Made by a program: the position numbers and the translations under genes | Origin: an uncultured Oligoflexus sp. | GTDB taxonomy: Bacteria; Bdellovibrionota_B; Oligoflexia; Oligoflexales; Oligoflexaceae | DNA: 10,537 bases | Direction: 5' to 3' | Assembly (NCBI GenBank): GCA_964236955.1 | Contig: CAXSGP010000133.1 | Location: 1 to 10,537, forward strand | Notes under the pieces: generated by a model | What the model was told of the DNA's origin: nothing | Database searches by the model: none | Seen by the model: only the letters and a program-made list of their open reading frames with translations | Part shown: piece by piece, positions 6,397 to 10,537 of the stretch | Layout of the letters: each line of letters opens with the position of its first letter | Position numbering within the stretch: the stretch's first letter is position 1

Positions 6397-8831
6397 GCTT
6401 CAGCCCCTTCCCATATTGATCGCCATTCAGAATCACCTGACTCCGAAATTTCACGAAATTTTTTAATTTCCTGCGTAGATGTTCCTGAAAGCCAACGAAG
6501 AGAGGTTGGTCCGAGGCCCAGCTCGATGATGCGCTTTCCCTGCGGCTGTACGATGTAATACTGCTGCTTTGGAATAAGCGAAGAAATGATGTTGATCTGC
6601 CGGTCGTTGAGTTCAAGCGACTTATAGAAGTCGTAGGAAGACGCGCCCTCCTTCCCTTCCTTAACAGTCGCGCTTTTATTGGCGAGGAAAATCTTAGTCG
6701 GACAACTTTCTGAAAGAAGGTGAAAGGCTCCGTCGGGAGCACCATCCGAAATAGCCTGGAAAAATAAGCTTACGAATCCATTTTTACGGCGAATATCCTT
6801 GAGCCATTCTTTCACTTTTGCATAGAACACCGGGTGCGAGAAGGCAACCCGAGCTTCGTCGATGGGGATATAGGTCAAGTGTCCATCGAGTGAATTTTCG
6901 ATCCTATGGAAAATGTATTCAAGAACGGGGAGGGCATTCGCATCCCCCAAAGCCATGATATGAGCCATCTCAAAGACAACGTGACTTCCAAGGTGGAGAC
7001 TGTCGTCTTTGCCATCGAGAAGTGAATAGAGCGGCCCCTCAAGGGTGTAGTGCTTAAGAACCTCTCTTAGCTCGGCATCTCCCAAGGTGATGACAAAATC
7101 CGTCAAAGACTTACTGTGAGCATCTTTGAGAAGAGTCATAGCCCGGTGAATCGCCGTTTTGTGCCGTGGCTCCAGTTTGAATTTTTGGTATGCGCAAAGA
7201 TTTTCGATCCAGTTCTCCGCCCATACCATCTCGCTATGAGATTCTGCAATGCGGGCAAGCGGGCAGAGCTGAATACTATAACTACTGCCAGGTCCGCCGA
7301 TATCGTAGTGAGTACCGCCGACGCCAGCGCAGAGGGCGAGTTGTGAGTAATCCTTATCGAAACTGAAGATCCGAACCCCTGGATAGCGCTTAATCTGCGC
7401 CTGGATAAAGTTTAGGAATGTGGTTTTTCCTGTTCCTGACGGGCCGATGACAAGGTTGTGACCCACGTCGCTCACATGGAGATTTCCCCGGTATGCGGTG
7501 CTGCCTTCTGTAAACGCTTGAAAAAGGGGCGGAGAATTTTTCGGCATCAAGGGCGACGGGCACTGGTTATGGCCCGACCAGATGGTTGTGAGCGGCATTA
7601 GGTCAGAAAGATTAAGCGTGTGAATAACGGGTCGGCGAACATTCTGGACGCCATGGGTCGGAAGACTTCCGAACCAGGCTTCCAGAGCGTTCAGGCTCTC
7701 TCTGCGACAAGTAAAGCCTCGATCTCTTATGACCCTTTCGATAGCTTCCGTTTTCTTCGTTAAAACCTCCAAATCTTCGTCCATGAGGACGACGACACTC
7801 GTGTAAAATCCATAGTGAACATCACCGGCCTCAAGGGCACCGATGGATGAGGTAGCTTCCTGAACCATGTTGAGAGCGTTTTCGTCGAGGTGGCCTGCCC
7901 TGTCCATGACGACATCGAGCATTCCCCTGACTTTTTGGCCCCATTTTTTTCGCAGCGATTGAATCTGGGACAGGGCCTGGTGCCGGTCCATGAAGATAAA
8001 TCTTGTGTTCCAGCGATACTCAAGGCCAAGGCTTGAGAGCTGCCGAAGGATTACGGGGTAGGCTTCCGAGGGAAAGCCGTCGATTGCTACAACTCTGATC
8101 CATTTTGCGCCGATTTTCGGTTCGATACCGCCCTGAAGATCTTGGTATCCAAGGATTGTGTCAATATACATAGGATTTCTTGGAAGCCGGACAGGGTGTT
8201 TCTCGCCCGTGATTGCGGCGTTCAGATACTGAAGGATTTCGTCGTAGAGAATGACATTTCCATCATCGTCGGTCTCTTCATAGCTCCGAAGGCGAATCAT
8301 CGCCATAACGCCGGAAAGCTTTCTGGTAAATTCGTCGATTTTCTGTTCGAAATTCTCGATATGCCGCGAAGTCAGGTTCTCTCTTTTTTCCGCATTAGGA
8401 TCATCAATGATGAAGTCCTGTAGCTTTGAAAGTGCCTTCACAGGCGGAAGGTAGGTGATCGACAGGATATTTAGCGTTTGATATTGGACGCCAGCCTCTG
8501 AAAACATCTGCCGCCGCTCGTCATCGATTCTTTGGGAGACGGGATCGGGGAAGGCTCCCTCAGGCATGGGGTAGGCATCTGTTTCGCTTCGGATGACATC
8601 GACATGAATCATCCAGCCGCTGCCGAAATCTTTTAAAGCTGAGTTAGCCTTGGCACTAAGGACAGATAATTCTCCGTTATCGACGCTATCAACGTCCTCA
8701 CCGAAGCAGTAGAAATAGGCTGACAAAGAGCCGTCTTTGCCGAGCAAGACCCCATCACGAATCAGACTCGCATAGTTTAAAAGATCCGACATTCCCATCG
8801 CTTCGTCTCGATATTGCTTGAGCTTATGCAT
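6393..8831 (-). CDS. trbE: Conjugal transfer ATPase TrbE (VirB4 family), about 812 aa
   Basis: DLLNYA...GVLLGKDGSL, Walker A GHNLVIGPSGTGKTT, FDKDYS, Walker B IDEA, ESCPTKIFLAN. I moved the start from 8990 to ATG 8831 (MHKLKQYR), which has SD GGAGGAG at 8838-8844 and a TGATG overlap with the trbD stop. Confidence 0.95.
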   Translation of the reverse strand: MHKLKQYRDEAMGMSDLLNYASLIRDGVLLGKDGSLSAYFYCFGEDVDSVDNGELSVLSAKANSALKDFGSGWMIHVDVIRSETDAYPMPEGAFPDPVSQRIDDERRQMFSEAGVQYQTLNILSITYLPPVKALSKLQDFIIDDPNAEKRENLTSRHIENFEQKIDEFTRKLSGVMAMIRLRSYEETDDDGNVILYDEILQYLNAAITGEKHPVRLPRNPMYIDTILGYQDLQGGIEPKIGAKWIRVVAIDGFPSEAYPVILRQLSSLGLEYRWNTRFIFMDRHQALSQIQSLRKKWGQKVRGMLDVVMDRAGHLDENALNMVQEATSSIGALEAGDVHYGFYTSVVVLMDEDLEVLTKKTEAIERVIRDRGFTCRRESLNALEAWFGSLPTHGVQNVRRPVIHTLNLSDLMPLTTIWSGHNQCPSPLMPKNSPPLFQAFTEGSTAYRGNLHVSDVGHNLVIGPSGTGKTTFLNFIQAQIKRYPGVRIFSFDKDYSQLALCAGVGGTHYDIGGPGSSYSIQLCPLARIAESHSEMVWAENWIENLCAYQKFKLEPRHKTAIHRAMTLLKDAHSKSLTDFVITLGDAELREVLKHYTLEGPLYSLLDGKDDSLHLGSHVVFEMAHIMALGDANALPVLEYIFHRIENSLDGHLTYIPIDEARVAFSHPVFYAKVKEWLKDIRRKNGFVSLFFQAISDGAPDGAFHLLSESCPTKIFLANKSATVKEGKEGASSYDFYKSLELNDRQINIISSLIPKQQYYIVQPQGKRIIELGLGPTSLRWLSGTSTQEIKKFREISESGDSEWRSIWEGAEA

Positions 8832-9106
8832 CAGCGTCTCCTCCATGGAGTAGATCTCGCCGAATAGAACGAGCGATGCCGGGCGTACCTCAAATAAACG
8901 ACAAACATTTGAGGGTCTGCTTTTGCCATCTGCCGTAGGGCAAAAACGCCTAAAATCCATACCCCTGCGCCCACAAAGGTAGTCATCCATGTGAAGCGTG
9001 AGATTAAAGCCAGAGCTAGGGTTCCGATGAAAAAGAACGGATAACGCTCACAGCCAAGGATCAGGTTTGGAGTATTTAAAGCCCTATGGATGGGAAGCTT
9101 CCTCAT
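8831..9106 (-). CDS. trbD: Conjugal transfer protein TrbD (VirB3 family)
   Basis: PIHRALNTPNLILGCER, two hydrophobic segments, LRQMAKADPQMFVVYLRY...Y.ARSTPW, all typical of TrbD. ATGA overlap with trbC. Confidence 0.93.
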   Translation of the reverse strand: MRKLPIHRALNTPNLILGCERYPFFFIGTLALALISRFTWMTTFVGAGVWILGVFALRQMAKADPQMFVVYLRYARHRSFYSARSTPWRRR

Positions 9107-9447
9107 GGCGTATCTCCTTCGGCATGAACGACTTGTTCAACGGAAATGACAGCGCCGGTCGATCCGAAAAGAATACGAATTATGGATGCCGCACCCAGTA
9201 TCACCGAAATCACGAACACGACCGCGATAAGCCCCTTCACGAATCCGCTAAGGTCCTGGCCGATTGCAGCCGTGATACCGCAAAGGACAATGGCAATAAG
9301 AGAGATGAAACCGGCAACGGGTCCAGTCAGAGAACTCCCCACAGTCTGAAGAGGGGTTTCCCATGGGAGACCTGTAGTTGCGGCTCCGAAGGAAACCGAG
9401 GAAGCGAAAAGGATGAGTGCGAGTAGGCCGAAGGTGCTTTTGTTCAT
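9103..9447 (-). CDS. trbC: Conjugative pilin precursor TrbC (VirB2 family)
   Basis: Signal peptide, GLPWETPLQTVGSSLTGPVA motif, two TM helices, and a C-terminal G-AVIS processing-like site. Confidence 0.93.
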   Translation of the reverse strand: MNKSTFGLLALILFASSVSFGAATTGLPWETPLQTVGSSLTGPVAGFISLIAIVLCGITAAIGQDLSGFVKGLIAVVFVISVILGAASIIRILFGSTGAVISVEQVVHAEGDTP

Positions 9448-9452
9448 GTGAA

Positions 9453-10394
9453 TTACCTCATCTTTAAAATATACTGACCGCCTTCAAACCCATGAAGCTC
9501 GGCGATTTCTGTGATCTTTCTTTGGCCACTGGCCTTTGATATGACGACGATCAGATCGATCGCCTCAGCGATGTAGCCGGGATGGAGCTGAGTCTTGCCC
9601 TCGGCAATCATCTGTTCGATTCGAATGAGAGCGGCCCTTGCCCCGTTCGCGTGGATCGTCACAAGCCCACCGTTATGTCCAGTGTTCCAAGCCTTAAGCA
9701 GTGTCTTTGCCTCTTTTCCCCTGACTTCGCCGACGATGATAGAATCAGGCCGTAGCCGGAGAGTGTGCCGGAGAAGGGCATCCATTGATTTTCGGGCAGG
9801 TTTCTTCATGGCAACAACATTCGGCGCATTGCATTGAATCTCGACGGTGTCTTCTAGAATAATGAGCCTCTTATTGGGATGAAGCTCAGTCGTCATATGG
9901 AGTACGCCGTTTCCGAAGGTGGTTTTCCCAGAAGCCGTACTTCCGACGATGACGATATTTTTTCCTTCCCGAACGGCATCCTGAATAATCTTGAATTGCT
10001 CCTCGGTCAATGAACCGGCAGCGACGTAATCTCTGAGCGTAAAGAGTTTTATCGCCTTCTTTCTCAGGGAAAAAGAAGGGGCAGAGACGACCGGAGGCAG
10101 CGTTGCCGTGAAACGGCTTCCATCAAGAGGAAATTCGCATTCTAGAAGTGGACTCGATGGGCCAATGGCGATGCCCGCAAAGCTCGCTACCGTACTAATC
10201 AAGCTCTCCGATTGGGAGGGAAGCATGTGGGTGCTCAAAACCATCTCTTTACCAAGGCGTTCGATCCATAAGTTCCCATCAGGATTAAGTAGGATCTCGA
10301 TCACGGAATCGTCCTCAATCGCCTGGAGAACAATTACCCCGGCCTCACGCCGGATTTTCTCCTTTATTCTTAGAATTGCCTCTTCGTTCCTCAT
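9453..10394 (-). CDS. trbB: P-type conjugative transfer ATPase TrbB (VirB11 family), about 313 aa
   Basis: EILLNPDGNLWIERLG, Walker A GSTASGKTT, Asp box LEDTVEIQC, Walker B LRLRPDSIIVGEVRG, His box WNTGHNGGLVTIHAN. I prefer ATG 10394 (SD-like AAAGGT upstream) over the track's non-ATG start at 10436. Confidence 0.95.
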   Translation of the reverse strand: MRNEEAILRIKEKIRREAGVIVLQAIEDDSVIEILLNPDGNLWIERLGKEMVLSTHMLPSQSESLISTVASFAGIAIGPSSPLLECEFPLDGSRFTATLPPVVSAPSFSLRKKAIKLFTLRDYVAAGSLTEEQFKIIQDAVREGKNIVIVGSTASGKTTFGNGVLHMTTELHPNKRLIILEDTVEIQCNAPNVVAMKKPARKSMDALLRHTLRLRPDSIIVGEVRGKEAKTLLKAWNTGHNGGLVTIHANGARAALIRIEQMIAEGKTQLHPGYIAEAIDLIVVISKASGQRKITEIAELHGFEGGQYILKMR

Positions 10395-10403
10395 ATATGC
10401 ACC

Positions 10404-10440
10404 TTTTATGAATAAAACAGCGTAATTTGCACGCAATTAC
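10404..10440. promoter_or_regulatory. Two adjacent dyad-symmetry elements upstream of trbB (candidate operators or leader hairpins)
   Basis: TTTTAT-GA-ATAAAA (10404-10417) and GTAATT(T)GC-AC-GCAATTAC (10422-10440, one bulged base). Function is inferred from position only. Confidence 0.35.
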
Positions 10441-10537
10441 TAGAGCCTCTGCCTGCGTCAGGATAGGCTTGGCGAAATTTAGCCGCGATTTTCTTCACCT
10501 CAGTTGAAGACAGAAGTCTTGCTAATGGCCAGATTCA

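Larger units (their letters stand above)
1..10394 (-). mobile_element. Transfer region of a conjugative plasmid or ICE (MPF-T, Trb type); element boundaries lie outside the window
   Basis: Eleven contiguous co-oriented trb genes plus topoisomerase III, a common backbone gene of conjugative elements. No att site, integrase, rep or relaxase is visible. Confidence 0.85.

Noticed and set aside
6236..6745. 169-aa minus-strand ORF across the trbE/trbJ junction
   Set aside because: Alternate frame overlapping two well-supported genes that are already coupled by an ATGA overlap; no motif support.
8832..8990. 53-aa N-terminal extension of TrbE in the ORF track
   Set aside because: Overlaps trbD. ATG 8831 has a strong SD, couples to the trbD stop and gives a typical TrbE N-terminus.
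9067..10425. Plus-strand ORFs antisense to trbB/trbC (9067-9426, 9146-9349, 9595-9837, 10108-10425)
   Set aside because: Shadow frames of conserved genes with no independent evidence.
10395..10436. 14-aa N-terminal extension of TrbB
   Set aside because: Non-ATG start without a clear SD; ATG 10394 is better supported.
10406..10537. Possible sigma70 promoter, short GTG-start ORF of about 30 codons, or the 3' end of an upstream gene
   Set aside because: No convincing -35/-10 pair at correct spacing, and too little sequence to support a gene call.

Overview
This window holds a complete, intact P-type (Trb, MPF-T) conjugative mating-pair-formation / type IV secretion operon on the minus strand: trbB-C-D-E-J-K-L-F-G-H-I. 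It is followed 29 bp later by the 5' part of a DNA topoisomerase III gene (topB/traE-like) that runs off the window edge and is absent from the supplied ORF track. The gene order matches the Ti-plasmid/rhizobial trb arrangement (J-K-L between E and F, trbH present), not IncP-1. Genes are tightly packed with overlapping start/stop codons and clear Shine-Dalgarno sites. The core is a known system class, and I see no wholly new system. The most notable signal is the identical C-terminal hexapeptide DDGQHF ending both TrbJ and a 62-aa TrbK-like protein, encoded with different synonymous codons, which points to a selected entry-exclusion specificity tag. Also notable are topoisomerase III apparently cotranscribed with the Mpf operon, a pilin cyclisation signature and candidate operators upstream of trbB. 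No relaxase, coupling protein, oriT, integrase or replicon is visible, so plasmid versus ICE cannot be decided.
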